Source of the DNA: Ramazzottius varieornatus
Taxonomy: Eukaryota; Animalia; Tardigrada
Assembly (NCBI GenBank): GCA_001949185.1
Contig: BDGG01000005.1
Coordinates: forward strand, 1,105,249-1,169,248
DNA: 64,000 bases
Direction: 5' to 3'
Shown here: in pieces, positions 47,703 through 61,308 of the stretch
Numbering within the stretch: position 1 is the stretch's first letter
Layout: every line of letters starts with the position of its first letter
Notes under the pieces: generated by a model
What the model was told of the DNA's origin: nothing
The model's database searches: none
Seen by the model: only the letters and a program-made list of their open reading frames with translations
Made by a program: the position numbers and the translations under genes

Positions 47703-49132
47703 ATGACGCTGAAAGCCATTCGCTACTCTCAAGGTCGTCTGGAGGTCCTGGATCAGCTGCTCCTTCCAGCGAAGACGGAATATGTCCCGATCGACACCGT
47801 GCAAGATGGATGGAACGCCATCAAATCGATGCAGGTAAGATAACTTCGTCTTCGAATGTCTTATCCGTTTTCCTACCTACAACAAGATAGAATAGATTGA
47901 CTGCAGGTTAGAGGAGCACCCGCCATCGCCATCGTTGGATGCTTGAGTCTTGCTGTTGAACTGTACAGAAAGCAATTCGCAAGCGTTCGGAACCTTGTGG
48001 AATTCTGCGTGAACAGTCTCGACTTTCTCGTGACCGCAAGACCGACAGCTGTGAACATACGAACGGCTGCAGATCAGCTGAGGGGAATTTCGACATCCCT
48101 CTTGGAGCAGAATGAAATATCCGTTGACTCTGCTAAGGCACGGTAAATCTATCTTACATCAGACGAGATGGTTGATCTTAAGATCTTTCATTTCCTTACC
48201 TTCCAGGATAATCAAGGAGATAGAGAGCATGTTGATGAAGGACGTAGCAGACAACACTGCCATCGGGGACTACGGAGCTGCCGACATGATGCAGAAGTGC
48301 CACAAGAATCGACTGAACATCCTTACTCACTGCAACACGGGATCTCTTGCCACAGCCGGATATGGAACTGCTCTCGGTAAAGTCGTCAAAGTCCAGTGAA
48401 TCTTCGAAACGAGCAACATAATCCATCCTGCTCTCTGTTGTCGTAGGAGTTGTTAGATCATTACAAAAGCAGGGAAACCTGGAACATTGCTTCTTCAATG
48501 AAACCCGGCCGTACTGTCAAGGTAAACAAACGAGAGGGAATTTCACGAAAATCAAGGTTTGGAAAGTTTCGGACTTTTGATTTTTACCTAACCAGTGGTT
48601 TCCACTAACAGGTTCGAGGTTGACGGCGTACGAAGTCGTGACGGAGAAAATACCTTCGACGTTGATCTGTGATTCCGCTGCCGCGTCTCTCATGGCTTCC
48701 GGGAAAGTAGATGCCATATGTACCGGGGCCGATCGAGTAGCAGCCAACGGGGATACCGCCAATAAAATAGGTAAGAACATTTATTTCTTTTGTCCTTTCG
48801 AAAGAACGATAGCTGTGTGACAGATTGTGTAACTTGTAGGGACGTACATGCTGGCCGTTCTAGCCAAGCATCACAACATTCCCTTCTACATCGCCGCGCC
48901 TGCGACCACCTGTGACATGGCCATTGCGTCGGGCAAAGATATCGTGATCGAGGAGCGCGACGCTGACGAGATCACAATGATACAGGGCCATCGGATTTCG
49001 CCTCTCGGTACAAACTGCTGGAACCCCGCGTTTGACGTAACTCCAGCCGAACTTATCACGGGAGGCATCATAACAGAACGAGGAGTATTTAAGCCTGCCG
49101 AACTGAAAGCAGCCCTTGCTCAACAGGGATGA
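47703..49132 (+). CDS. MRI1: Methylthioribose-1-phosphate isomerase
   Basis: [64 protein letters not shown] and [13 protein letters not shown]. Confidence 0.97.
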
Positions 49133-49451
49133 ATCTTTTGCCGTGTGATGACTTGCTCTGGTATTCCTGCTAACCGAAAGTGGTGTCTGTTATCTCGGTA
49201 CATTTTTCTCGTTTCATTCTTTAGAGTCAGAATGACAGCTTCTAGGAGACGATATTTTACATAATTATATATATTAAAACAATACTGTTCAACTGATGCA
49301 CAGATTGACAAACCATTCATACTTCCCACACGAGCTGTTAGACTGATTATTCAGGTGACGGACGGTAAGGTCGCACAGTGGTACTGATCTGAGGACTTGA
49401 AACCAGTTATGGATAGCCCGGACAGGCAAGGAACATCGTTTTATTATTTTA

Positions 49452-50476
49452 CTATTTGGTCGGAAGGTTTCGGAGGACCCAGTCGAGGCCGTCACGAACG
49501 CCCTCGCCGGTGGTGGCGCAGCAGGGTTGAATCTGCCATACCCTGTCCCGTATTGTGTGCAGCTGGAGGCCTTCGGCGATCTCGTGGGCTGGCGCTGCGT
49601 GCGTCAGGTCCTGTTTATTGGCAAAGACCAGGATGGGTATTCCACGAAGCTTTTCTTCTAGCAATAGCTCGGCCAGTTCCTGAGAAAGCATCCGCCGTCA
49701 GCCGCTGAAGAAAAACATGTGTGGGGAATCCTAGTTAAAGAAAAACCTCCACTCACCCCGGAAGTTTCTTCGAACCGATGTCGATCGGCACTGTCTATCA
49801 CGTATATCTGGAAAAAGCAGTCATCATAGCTGACAGTTCTAGTTATGCTTTTCTTTACAGGAACAAAAGCTTCTCGTCAAGTGTGGAATTCATTCGTCAA
49901 CTTCCGGTCCAAAGTAAATATTACGAGACTGGATTTGAATACCAGGACGTCGGTGTTATCGAAGTAGTTCCTCCAGTACGGACGGATCCTTCTTTGACCT
50001 GCAAGTAGCGAACAGTTGGAAGCGCTTGCTTCTTCCACTCTCGTGCCTGAGAGTCCTTTTCCGACAGGTTCTGTAAACTTCTCGTCCATATCAGAGTTTT
50101 TACTCACCTCCAATATCCCAAATATTTAGCTTGAAACCCGCGGACTGGACACTTTTGATGTTGAATCCCTGCGAAACAAGTCATCGGTTCTATAGCTTCG
50201 GCCGGTACAAGAACGGCACATCCGAAGACGAACAGGTTTCGGAGAAACTCACCTGTGTAGGAGTAACATGTGTCACGTCTTCGGTGGCGAGCTTCTTCAG
50301 CATGGTTGTTTTGCCGGCGTTGTCTAGTCCCAGCAGCAGCATCCGGATATCCCTTTCCGGTGTGGACTTCATCTTTCGCAAAAAGGCTAGCAGACCCTGG
50401 AGTCCGCAGTGGAATAACTTGATGATCGAAACACGGCACAAACGCACCAGACAACACACTTCCGAGACCTTACCAT
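49452..50476 (-). CDS. ARL3: ADP-ribosylation factor-like protein 3
   Basis: M|[50 protein letters not shown] and [14 protein letters not shown]. Confidence 0.95.
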
Positions 50477-51028
50477 GTTTGATTTTCGAAAAAGATGAAT
50501 TGAGAATTCGCCCAGCAGTTCAGTGCTTTGAGATCTTCAACAGCTCACTGCTCAGCACGTAACTGTCGTCCCCAGATTCTCAAGTAAATCGACCATCTTT
50601 AGAAACGCTCGAATTTTCCCCTTTTTTCGCGAGTTTCTTGAGGCAAACGCGCCCAAGTATCAAATCATCCCAAAGATAGTGATACGGTAATAGCAAGAAC
50701 TTTGCCAGGAAGCGCTGTAGTACATCAAGTAAGATTTCGGCAAGGCAAGGAGCGGTCGACACTACCTAAACTAACTAGTGAGCTCGAACAAAATGAAGGG
50801 ATAAGTGGATAACATTGTTGGGGATATGCTGCAGCGTTGGGAGAAACTTATCGAAGTAGAAATGGGAGATCAAGGTACATACAGAACTGAGTCGATCGAT
50901 ATCCGAGACAGGTAAGCAAGGTGCTCGAATATCGATTAGCCGCATAACTCATTCATTGACTTCAGTCTAAAAGATGTAACAGTCACGAAGCAAGCCAAAC
51001 TATACAAAAGATAAACTACAAAAGAGAA

Positions 51029-53498
51029 TCATTCTCCGCCATTTCTAAACTTTTGCCGTTTGCGCTGAGACACCACATTCCGTTTACCGACTGGCTTGGC
51101 TTCCTCGGCGCTCGACGAGTCAGAGTCGCTGTCTTGTGGTGCATAGGTGTACTTGGTGGGTAAAGAGTACTTGCCTAGAATGCGCTCGATCTCAGCAATG
51201 GATAGTTTACCGTTAACCTCATTAACAGCTCGCTGTACGTCCGCCTCGAAATGGAGTTCGGGAAGTGATTCATCCATGATCTCCTCGTCTTCTTCCGTTT
51301 CACTGTCAGTTGCAATGTCGGAAGCTGTGGAGATGTTCCCGGTTTGAGAACCGCTTTTGGTATCCACCAGGAGGACTTCCTCATCCGAGCTTAGCTCGAA
51401 GTCGATAGTGAGAGGCTGTTTGTAGGGCTGATTAAAGGCTCGAGTGTCGGTTTTCACGGCGTGGAAGAAAGCTGTCAGTGTCGATTTGGTGTCGGTTATC
51501 GGAACAGACTCCATATGTTCGTAGAAAATCTGGAAAAGAGTGAACTAACGCATCAAGACTAACTACCAGCAAAATCAAAAAAATTCAGAAACGGGAGCTC
51601 GTCAAAACAAACTCGGAAAACAAACTCGGCAAGATCGTCTTCCCGAGTGGCGCACATTTCCAGTCTTATGAGCTGAAAGGGTGCGCCACTAAGATGACGA
51701 TCTTGTCAAGTATGTTTGCTTAAATTCCAAGCAATAAAATCTAAACTGACAACAGTAAATAACCAACCAACGCACCGGGACATTGAAAATAAACCCACGA
51801 TATTTACCCTGGAGAGTTCTTCTTTGGTGGCGTGAGGAGAGACTTGAATGTCAAAGTGCTTCAAGTAACCGTGGATCTCTTCGAATGAGAATATTTCTCC
51901 CACCCCATACTGGAAAGAAAAACGTCATTAGTATCCATTTCTCAATGGAAATACTCGACAACGAGTTTCGCTTCCGCTCACCAGTAAGTCTGACGAAGCG
52001 AGAACGTTTTCATACTGGATTTCCTCATCGCTACTTTCCTTTCCCGATTCGACTTCCGCTGCCGCTCTGTTGCCACCGTTCTTCGGCCCTTCCACTACCA
52101 CATTGTTAGTCTTCCTCATGTCAACAGGCTCGGTGGAAGACTTCCTTTTGGACCCACTGTCCAGTGCGTAGTGCGGTTGAGCAGCCGCGCTGGATCTACC
52201 AGTCGACTCTCCTCGTTCCAGCGTATTTTCATGCCGATTATCATCTGAGCTGGATGGAGCGGCTGGGCCGGACGATGATACCTGGGGTAGCGGAGAACTC
52301 TCTTGATTAGGCTGCTGTGCTTGCTGATGTTGCTGGAAGGGCGAGAAGGACGAGTAGAATGGCTGGGCCAGGTTGGCAACATAGGTGGTACCTGGCTGCC
52401 AAGAGCCCGGCACGCCAGGATGAATGATGCGAAGCTTCTGAATGTAGTTCTTGTGGAAGTCACAGATATACATATGACCCGCCTGAAAAGTGAATTCGAT
52501 TATACGAAAGTAAGACAATCAAAAACCAGTCACTGCGAACATACCGGAATAACTGTATACTGAGTTACCGCGATTTTGCCATTTCACTACGAAGATGTCT
52601 GTGAAGGCCGTGCCAGGCGCAAGTTTGAGCCAAGCATGGCCTCGACAGTGGCTCCGTAGAAAACAGGCACGCTCAGCGCTCGAAATAAACGGGATATTCA
52701 AGAAAATCTGTCATTTTTGAAATGTACCGTGGGGTCTTCCTTGAGTTGGGCGCCATTCTGTCCGACCAGGTCTTGGACGTTGCGGGTGAAGGCAGCTGTG
52801 GTGGCTGGATTCGGACAGCGGACGTTGCGGTCGTTCAGCAAGCAGCACGTCTTGCCTTCGGCTGGGTTGACGAAGGCGTTGAAGTTGCTGTAAGGATAGC
52901 TGGCCCGATGGACCTCGTCAGCTCGCAGCGGCTGTACCTGTCCGTTATTCTGGAAAGCTACTGGAGCGCCTTGGAAGAAGTGAAGCGATGTGTCTTGGAC
53001 ATGATGCATACCGTGCATATCGTGTATTTGTATCATCTGGAGAACAAAAAAAACCAGCAAATAACAACAGCTACGAAATTTGCCTTTCGCTGCTTTTACG
53101 TTGTTTGAAACGATGATTCCTCAGTCACTTCATGTCCTTTTCTCCGAACGAGAAGCACGGTCTAATCAAGTCTGATAAATTTTCACCTGTGGAACAGACT
53201 GCATCTGAATCTGCTGGCGTTGCAGTTGATTGACCTGATTGGCGTCATAATGGACTGCTTGGCTCATCCGGGGAATGTCGTGGCTAGTACTGTAGATAGC
53301 GCCGCTGGATGTCTGATACACCTGGTAAGGAGCTTGAACAGTCTGTAGTCCTATGGCTTTCTCCATTGCTTGCAGCTGATGAGGCGGTTGGTCGGGATCT
53401 ATTTTGTCCGGCTGGGTAATTTGAGATGACGATGTAGCGGAGCTACTGGGGGATGGAGATGAACCTACAGAATTCCGAGGCGCAGTGGAAACGCGCAT
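51029..53498 (-). CDS. SAP30: Sin3-associated protein SAP30-like, with long N- and C-terminal extensions
   Basis: Zinc finger CCLLNDRNVRC...HMYICDFHKNYIQ; Sin3-binding region YLKHFDIQVSPHATKEEL..TLTAFFHAVK. Confidence 0.85.
51593..51719. repeat. Foldback family copy E13 (SAP30 intron)
   Basis: GGGAGCTCG..CCCGAGTGGCGC(51653)-N29-GCGCCACT(51683); 13-bp internal duplication in the left flank. Confidence 0.88.
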
Positions 53499-53936
53499 GT
53501 CCTAGTCAGGTACTTAGGAGCATGTTTCATTTACCTAGAGGCCTAGGAGAGAACTGTGGACGCATTCCCGATGGACTGTACATAGTAGTTAGTGAAGAAT
53601 AAAGTCAGATTCCGTAGTTACAGTCCGTTGCGCTTCGTCGGACGTCCGATGTTTCGAACTGATCACCAGACCGGTATTTCCTCCTTAGGTCAGCAGGGAA
53701 TTTTCCAACGTGTGTAACCTTCTCTATGGTACAGGCAGGAAGTGCAGCCATAGATCCAGACCCAGCCACCAGGAATCGGGGAGGAAAACGAGCCAGATAT
53801 AATCTTTTTCTGACACGTTAGCCAACTTGGCAGAGTCGGCAGACACTATAGACACTAGACAGCTGATCGCAGGTCACCGATAACTTAGGGTGGGAACCCA
53901 GCGAACTCGGGGTGTAAGGCCAGGGTGGGCTACGGG

Positions 53937-54599
53937 TAGTGATGTTCTAATATGGGTTAATGAGATCTAATATAATAAAAAAAAATATCCGCCGTCCATC
54001 AAAGTTCTAATAAGTGACCACTACTATAGTAAAACGTCTACCTGATTTAATAAAATATTACTATAGCAGAGCTTTCGGGGTTTTGTTATTAAAATATATT
54101 TCAATATCGGAGAGCTCGACGGAAGATCTAAAGATTCAGAATCCCAACCATCAGATCAGCAAAAATACTGTAGTACAGCCTGCACCCTGCACCTGCACAC
54201 TGTAACATGGCGGATTAAAGTGTCAGACTGTATGCAGGTGCACGATGTTCAAGAGTATTTATTCTGCAGTAGCCCTACTGTACTGCTGTAGAGGCATCAT
54301 CATGGTGTGGCGCACTTTATAAGGCGTGGTCGCACATCGAGAAGCCAACGCACGCGCATCAGAACTCAGCAAATCAACCAGTTTTTCGAATCAGCGGTAG
54401 CGTTAACCTGTATTGAAATTCATTTTACTATGGATGATGGACAACTTAATAATAATAAAATATGGCACTTCCGGTTTCAAGCTACTAAAATATAAACATT
54501 GGAATGCGGTGCCCAATTCTGTTTACTAAATATAGTAGATGCTCAAAACATCTACTATCATCTATTCTAATATAATATTACTATATTAGAACATCACTA
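53937..54599. mobile_element. hAT-superfamily non-autonomous element (663 bp)
   Basis: Perfect 17-bp TIRs TAGTGATGTTCTAATAT/ATATTAGAACATCACTA, flanked by an identical 8-bp TSD GCTACGGG (53929-53936 and 54600-54607). AT-rich subtermini. Confidence 0.93.
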
Positions 54600-55956
54600 G
54601 CTACGGGCATGATTTGGCCCGGGAAAGTAATTCTGTAATTCCAAATCTATTATTTATTTGAATTTTTTTTTGAATCAGTCTTTTCAAATTACCGTATTCG
54701 AGAGTAAGTGATTCCACGGTTACACTCAGCCCAAAAAAGATTTTACGAGAGGACAAGTGTGGATCATTTCCAAATCTGGCGACTTCTGAAACAAAAGAAG
54801 GAGCACCCGTAGAATCGAAACACAAAAAGCGAATTGGAACATGCAAGGATACCGACTTTTCAACCGCCTTGGATGTTATTCCGGTCATCGAACGTCTGAT
54901 TAGGTAGCACTCTACCGTTTTGATTTTAGATACATCTTGATTGACTGGAACGGCTGCGCGCCTGTACTCGGACCTGATTCAAGCGTACGACTCCGTTCAG
55001 GAACATACATTACGAGAACCAGAGATCTTATCAGTTGATCTTTCCCGGCAGCGAAATAATCGAGAAGTAATCTCAATCTTGTGGAACGGCAATTCGGCAG
55101 CCCTTCGAGCTGTTTGCACATTCGTGGCCAATCTGGGCTAAAGTGGACTGCAGAAGGTTCACCGTTTGGAAAGCTCGGGGTCTATCGTTGTCGAAACAGA
55201 GCTTAGACTTCTAGGGTGGCGTCCACCGGTACTTGGAAGTGCCGGGCACAAGAGAATGATATTGCGATTGTGGTGGTCCATCTCAGCCCACTCTCTTCGC
55301 GTGTGCGATCGAAGTGCGCTGCGAAAAAGGCACCCGTCGCTGCAATTCCGCGTCAAACCGCTCAGTTAGCGTCCCGCGCTTGAATCTGTTTTTTGTTGAG
55401 GTTCGAGCTTCTGGGCATGAGTCAGATCTGAATGATTGGACGTTTTCGTCTACGGAATAGTAGAATCTCGACATAATCCTGTTTTTCTATCTCCCACCCA
55501 ACTCATCGTTCCTAGCACTCCCGTGCGGATCTTTCTGGTCAGTTGTTTTGCCTTGGAAGTTTTGCGGTATTTGCGGTGCTGGCTTAGCCGTTCCGTGATG
55601 AACAATACACGCACAATGGATAATTATGGAACATTAAATATCGTGGGACAGGCCTTTTCGCTATGGGGGTACGAAAGCAAGTACGCACACGACCGATTCA
55701 CACTGATGTACATTGCAACACTTTTCTGCGGTTGAAGTTCCATTTTACCGTCCTTTCCGCCTGTCGCATAATTTTACTGTCCTTCAATTACCCGTCATGG
55801 GTGTACCGAACAATGAAAGCATTAGAGGAAGAGTATAGACGTATACACAACCCGTCGCGTAAGGCGTGGTGAGAGCGTGGTAACTGACGTAAAATATTTC
55901 GGGAAAAACTGAGGCTACTGTAATGTACGGCGTCTCGCGCACGGTCGGACCATGTA

Positions 55957-56082
55957 CTGTATACTCTCCCGAAATTCACGTACGTTACTCCATTCAGAGT
56001 GTAAAACTAGACAAAGAGTTCTCATACGGTGACCATAACAGTCTGAATCAGTGACGTATGTGAATTTCGGGAGAGCATACAG
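55957..56082. mobile_element. TA-flanked 126-bp MITE (Tc1/mariner-like)
   Basis: TA|CTGTATACTCTCCCGAAATTCACGTACGTTACT.. versus ..AGTGACGTATGTGAATTTCGGGAGAGCATACAG|TA. Confidence 0.82.
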
Positions 56083-56742
56083 TAGTTGCAATTAACTTTA
56101 GATAGACGCACGCCTTCGTAGACCGACTGACCGAGGTAGTAGAGTGCCAGTGACCCAATATGATTCAGTACGAAAAAGGAAAAATGCTAGTCATGCCGGA
56201 AAAGTTACCGCTGCACCATAAAGGCATTCCGAGACCTAGAGGTCGGTAGATCGACTCATGATCCGCCTTATATTTTTATAATTATCACTAGTATTAATTT
56301 TAATTTCCGCCCCGGTTAGCGTTCCCGATCTTCCCAGGCAGACGTTTCCGGTCCTTATGTTTGGGCGGGATTTTTCCGGTACTGTAATTCTGGACTCGTT
56401 TGGGTCGGAATTTTCCCGGCATTCCCGGCCTTAGTCCAAGTGTGTGTAAGGCTGTAAGCAAACCGGTAGGCCCCGGAAATATATTTTCTTACTCCGGGGA
56501 AACTCGTCCAATGTTGAAACGTCCCCGAAAGAAGAGTGAAACTTGAAAATTTGAGTTTGATTCCAGCAGAAGGTCAAACTCTGGACTCTACGAGTAACTA
56601 AAGGGGCCTCTGGAGTAACTTTTCTCCTTCCCTATACTCTAGGTCGGTTGGTGTTGCGACCAGCTGCACGGTTGCACCTACTACATCTTTATCGGTGCAC
56701 GGAGCTCGTTGGGACTTGCTTGGAGCGAATCATCGATGTACA

Positions 56743-58150
56743 ATGGCTGTCAGCGCCGTTCTGAGGAGCTTCGTTAGTGGGCTGAGGAGCGGCCTACGAA
56801 CACCGACAGTCATCCAGCTGGGAAGATGTCACGGCACGGAAGTGTGTCTGGTTGCTGCGCCAGTTCAACCGGAAACGTCCCATAAGAGAAAGTAAGGCAT
56901 AGGCACACCGTTTCGCCTGGGCGGGGTGTTACTAAGTTCAATAATGTGTACACAATGGACCAAGTTATCCGAATGATCCTTGCTTTTCAACCGGAAGTGC
57001 TGTAATTCGCGAAGTACGTCATCGTACGCGCGAAAGATCCCTTGAGGGGTTGGTAGGGCAAAATTCTCGGACCTTATTCAACTGTACGCGTATGAGGACG
57101 TACTGCGCTAAGTTCATGAAGCATTACAGTATGTGGTATACTGCTACAGCAGCATTGCGTATACTTTTTTCAGGTTTCACTCCACTGTTCGCCGGAAAGA
57201 TCTTATGGAGTTCTTCGACATAAAGAAGAACTGGGGGCAGAAAGAAGTTCGGAGTGGTCAGTGAACGCCGAAGATTTTCTGTATGAACGTCACGGGCAGT
57301 AAGATATTCATGATTAGCGTTTTTGCAGGAAGATCCTGGACAAAAGACGAACTGAGGATCAAGAGCAACAGTGACCTCCATAAGTTATGGTACGTGCAAT
57401 GTCTTCCGTTACTAACGATGTGGTATGCAGAAAACGAGGAAGACATGCCCAGTACTATGTGTACGAGCAACTTACGGAATATTCTGGGCGTTTAACAGGT
57501 TCGTTTTGTACAAAGAGAAGAATATGTTGCTAACCATGCAAGAGGAGTGCGACCTGGTAGCTGAACTCTTTCCCAACCCAGAACGACTTGATAAGGTACG
57601 ACCCATGTTTTTAGCGCTTACAGCATGCCCGAATAAATGGCGATGTTTCGTGACTTTACAGGTTGAGGAGAGCATGGTTAACTTACAGGACGTTATCAAA
57701 GAACGCGACACTGCAGTCAAGTTGCTGGAGATTGGCATAACCGGCGATGCTCCCACGAAAGAATGTTACAGTGGCTTGGGGCGTCGATATATGCACAAGT
57801 ATGAGGAGCACTTGATGCCTTACTGGCGGAACCCTAGGTAAGTCCGCACGCCGTCCCCATGGGAAAGCTGTAGTCTCCAGAGTGTGTGTCGTGGCGGTCT
57901 ATAATGGTTGCTTTCTTCCCTCAGGCATTACGCGAAACGTTACGTCGTGGATAAGCCAAGGGGCTTCACAAGGGAGTTCTTACTGAGATTATGGGAAAAG
58001 AACCGCCGGCAGAAGAGGAAAGCGTTGGGCTTCCAGAAACATCTCCTACACGAAGCCCGCAAAGAGTATCCTGGTCATCCCATCTGGGCAGAGAAAGATG
58101 TCAAGGACCTAACTTACGAGGAAGTTTATCACAGCAAGATGTCTGACTAA
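56743..58150 (+). CDS. MRPL47: Mitochondrial ribosomal protein uL29m
   Basis: Transit-like N-terminus; [39 protein letters not shown] and [13 protein letters not shown]. Confidence 0.95.
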
Positions 58151-58449
58151 AACCACGTCGGCGGTTTCCACTTCCATGTTTCAGAGTACCTCGTACAAAT
58201 TGAACGGCGGTGTTCAGTTGACCGAGAACCACAGTAATCTTATGCTGAAACTTTACAGTGTTTATACTACGTAAATAAAAACATGGTTGGGAAGAGAAAG
58301 GGAAATAAAAAGTGGAAAGATCGACAACTTGACAGATTATAAACCTTGATTGTATCTCCAACCTTTGTGAAGACAATATTATTGTCTCGTTAGAGAGAAA
58401 CTAAAGTCTGTGCAAGGAAATACAGAGAAACGAAGCTATAACGGCAATC

Positions 58450-60074
58450 TCATTTCAGCGTTTTGCTTTCTTCGCACTCGATGGCTTCGAAGGTGACTTG
58501 GCATCCGGTTTCCGCTTATTCTTCAGGGTTCCGAAGTTCTTCATGTCTTCCGCAAGTTTCGCTTTCGCCAGGTCTTTCGAGGTGCTAGGTTTCGGTGAAG
58601 CAGGTATGGCCTTGAAGTAGTCTTCCATTCTTCCCTGAAAAAAAACAGCCGGAAATCAAGTACGACGGCTTGGTGATTTTCACCATATCCGGACAGAAAA
58701 CGCTACAAAGACATTAAAGATGAAATCGGAAGTACCTGAACAGGTCCACTCTTCTGCTTTTTTAGCTTCTCCATATTCTTGCGGACACGTTCCTCAGCAA
58801 ATCCTTTCTCCTAAAACGGAAAAGGTTCGTGATGAAAATAACGCCGTTTAACGGATGGGAGCTCGGTGGACAAACTCGACAGAAATGTTTTCACCAGTGG
58901 CGCACGTTCTCACTGTCATTGGCTGGAAGTGCACGCAAGTTTAACCAAGTTGAGCAACTTACAGTGCACAGGAACTGGATGAGGCCAGCTTCATCCGGCG
59001 CTTCCCATTTGAAGGTGAGATCAGCAGGCGCCGCAACTTCCGGTGCTCGGAAGTAAGCCTGGACTGCTTCATAGGGCCAATCTTCCGGAACCTGATACTT
59101 CTTCTTATCCAAACTCTTCAAAGCTGCCTCCAAGTTTCCATGCTCCTTGATCAGAGTGAACGCCTTATTCGGGCCAATACCTTTGATCTTGTCACAGTAA
59201 TCACAGCCCAACAGAATACACAAGTCAATAAACTGATCTTGGGTCATGCCAAACCCTTCCAGCACTTTAGCCAGATGGAACTCTTGGATGGGCATCTTCT
59301 TGGCTTCGCTGAATGTCATATGACGAAGGAGGATGGACGAAGCGAACGTGAGAGCATCCATGTCTTCGGTGGCTGTAGCATAGACTACACCACCTCGAAC
59401 CAGTGCGGCGCACTGAGCTTCGGCTTCTGAAGGCGCAGTCATGAATGGGATGCCCATCAGCTTGAGGAGCTTCTTGGCTTCGTCGTTGTGTTCTTTGGTA
59501 ATCTTGACGAGACGTCGAGAGAACTTCTCAATCTCCACATCCCCACCCGTTTCTTTTGCTTCTTCCAAGTTCTTCTCAGCGTCTCCACGTCGCTCTTTGC
59601 GCTTTTCGAGAGTGGCCGACTTCAGTTCCGGAGGCGTACCTGATTGAATACCAGCATCAGGATTAATGTACGCACATTGCTGTCACTTGCATACTTGCAC
59701 ACCACGGTGAACGGACATGTTGATGTACGCAGGATCATGAAAGACAGGTACATACCGTCGAACACCCAAAGAGGCTTGATTCCTTGGTCCACCATACGGA
59801 TTGTCCTGTGGAACATTCCTAACAGATGGCTGGTGACTTCACCTGCCTCGTTGGTCAGGAAATCTCCTTCTTGTCTGACCGCAATCATGAACTGCAAAAC
59901 AAAGTACTTTCGGAGGGAATGGAAAGTGACTTCAGCGCAAGGGATTGTTACCTGGTACAACGCCATAGATGCGTCGATGGCTACTTTACGGCCAAAGTAG
60001 TTCTTCATCTCGTTCTCCTTGATGGCACCTGCTGCATGTTCCGCGATCAGCTTGGAGAGATCTTTGATTCCCAT
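58450..60074 (-). CDS. FEN1: Flap endonuclease 1
   Basis: [44 protein letters not shown] and PIP box QGRMEDYF. Confidence 0.98.
58858..58950. repeat. Foldback family copy E14 (FEN1 intron; right arm degenerate)
   Basis: GGGAGCTCGG..CAAACTCG..CCAGTGGCGC(58903), then the family-type spacer ACGTTCTCACTGTCATTGGCTGGAAG. Confidence 0.8.
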
Positions 60075-60290
60075 TTTTCCGTTTAGGTGAAAGGCAGCAG
60101 AGCAGACACTCCCTGACGTGAGCGTGCGAGTTGTCAGCGACGACCGATCCGTAGAGCGTCAGATGCCCCCGTCACGTGCGAGCCCGCTCGTTCGATCCAC
60201 GGGATGATAGTAAACGACCAAGTTGAAACCCGATGGAGGAAACGCCTGCCAAAGAAACAAAGATCGGAAACGGGAAGAAATACAGTACTA

Positions 60291-61068
60291 AGGTCGGTTT
60301 CACAGCAGGGAGGGGAGCACTCTTGTACGGGGAATTTTCTGATCTACTGATCATCTTCCAACAAGAAATCTCGAGTCAATCCGGTCTTGGAAATCGTCTT
60401 GCATATTTTGATTGACGGAATTCACTCTTGGTCATCCCGCATCCGGTAAGATTTTGCTTGATTGTCCGCACGCTACGGTCTGACTCACCCAGTGTGGACT
60501 TTGGACACTACGTCAGTCAGCCATTTTTCGCTCACACAGCTGATAAGTGTAGCAGCACCAGCAATTATTTTAAGTGCGTTGATTGATGAAGTCCGCTAAT
60601 TTATAGCAGTGTTTTCGGAGGTTGCTTACATGAAGATATCTTGACTGCTGGAAGCTGGATTTGGACTTCCGTGGTATCAAAATGTAGCCAAAAAGCTATG
60701 GCTGCAACAGGCAGTGATTGTGGTAACACGGTTGTAGCCAGAAGTACCTAAATGAAATTCAGATGGCACAGCCATTTTTTCGGACGAAAAGTTGATGACG
60801 TGTGATCAGCTGTGTGAGTCAGAACGGCTTATCAGTGTCACGGTCTAAAGTACAAACTCCGTGAGTCAGACTGTAGCGTGCGGACAATTACAGTAAGCAA
60901 AATCACCTCACATGCGGGATGACCAGAGTGAATTCCGTCAATCAAAACATGCAAGACGATTTCCAAGACCGGATATTCACTCGAGATTTCTTGTTGGAAG
61001 AGATCTGATCAGTAGATCAGAAATTTCCCTGTACAAGATTGCTCCCCTCCCTGTTGTGAAACCGACCT
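60291..61068. mobile_element. ~780-bp non-autonomous DNA element with ~260-bp inverted arms, between FEN1 and ATAD5
   Basis: 60291-~60548 is an imperfect inverted copy of ~60803-61068; termini TA|AGGTCGGTTTCACA..TGTGAAACCGACCT|TA. Confidence 0.9.
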
Positions 61069-61148
61069 TAATGGCTGAGTTAGTGGGAATTTTTAAGATT
61101 TCGTCGACCCGGGCAAACGCTCTTGGTCTGGCCACTCAGGCGTTCGCT

Positions 61149-61308
61149 GTTCGCACTCACAACCACTGAAGAGCAGCAGTACTTCCCCGACCAAAATTGA
61201 TTTGCTTGAATGCTGCTGGAGAATTACGATTGATTGATCGGTCGACGCTACAGTGAGTTTGTGCACGGCGAAGTACTGCTCAGCTCTTCAGTGGTTGTGA
61301 GTGCGAAC
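61149..61308. mobile_element. 160-bp element with ~37-bp inverted termini
   Basis: GTTCGCACTCACAACCACTGAAGAGCAGCAGTACTTC versus GAAGTACTGCTCAGCTCTTCAGTGGTTGTGAGTGCGAAC. Confidence 0.8.

Noticed and set aside
54830-55141. Short ORFs between SAP30 and MRPL47
   Set aside because: No recognisable domain or coherent exon chain.
60233-61169. ORFs 60233-60415 and 60912-61169 as the ATAD5 N-terminus
   Set aside because: They run largely through the inverted-repeat element. A better start with a strong Kozak context and an in-phase intron exists at 61571.
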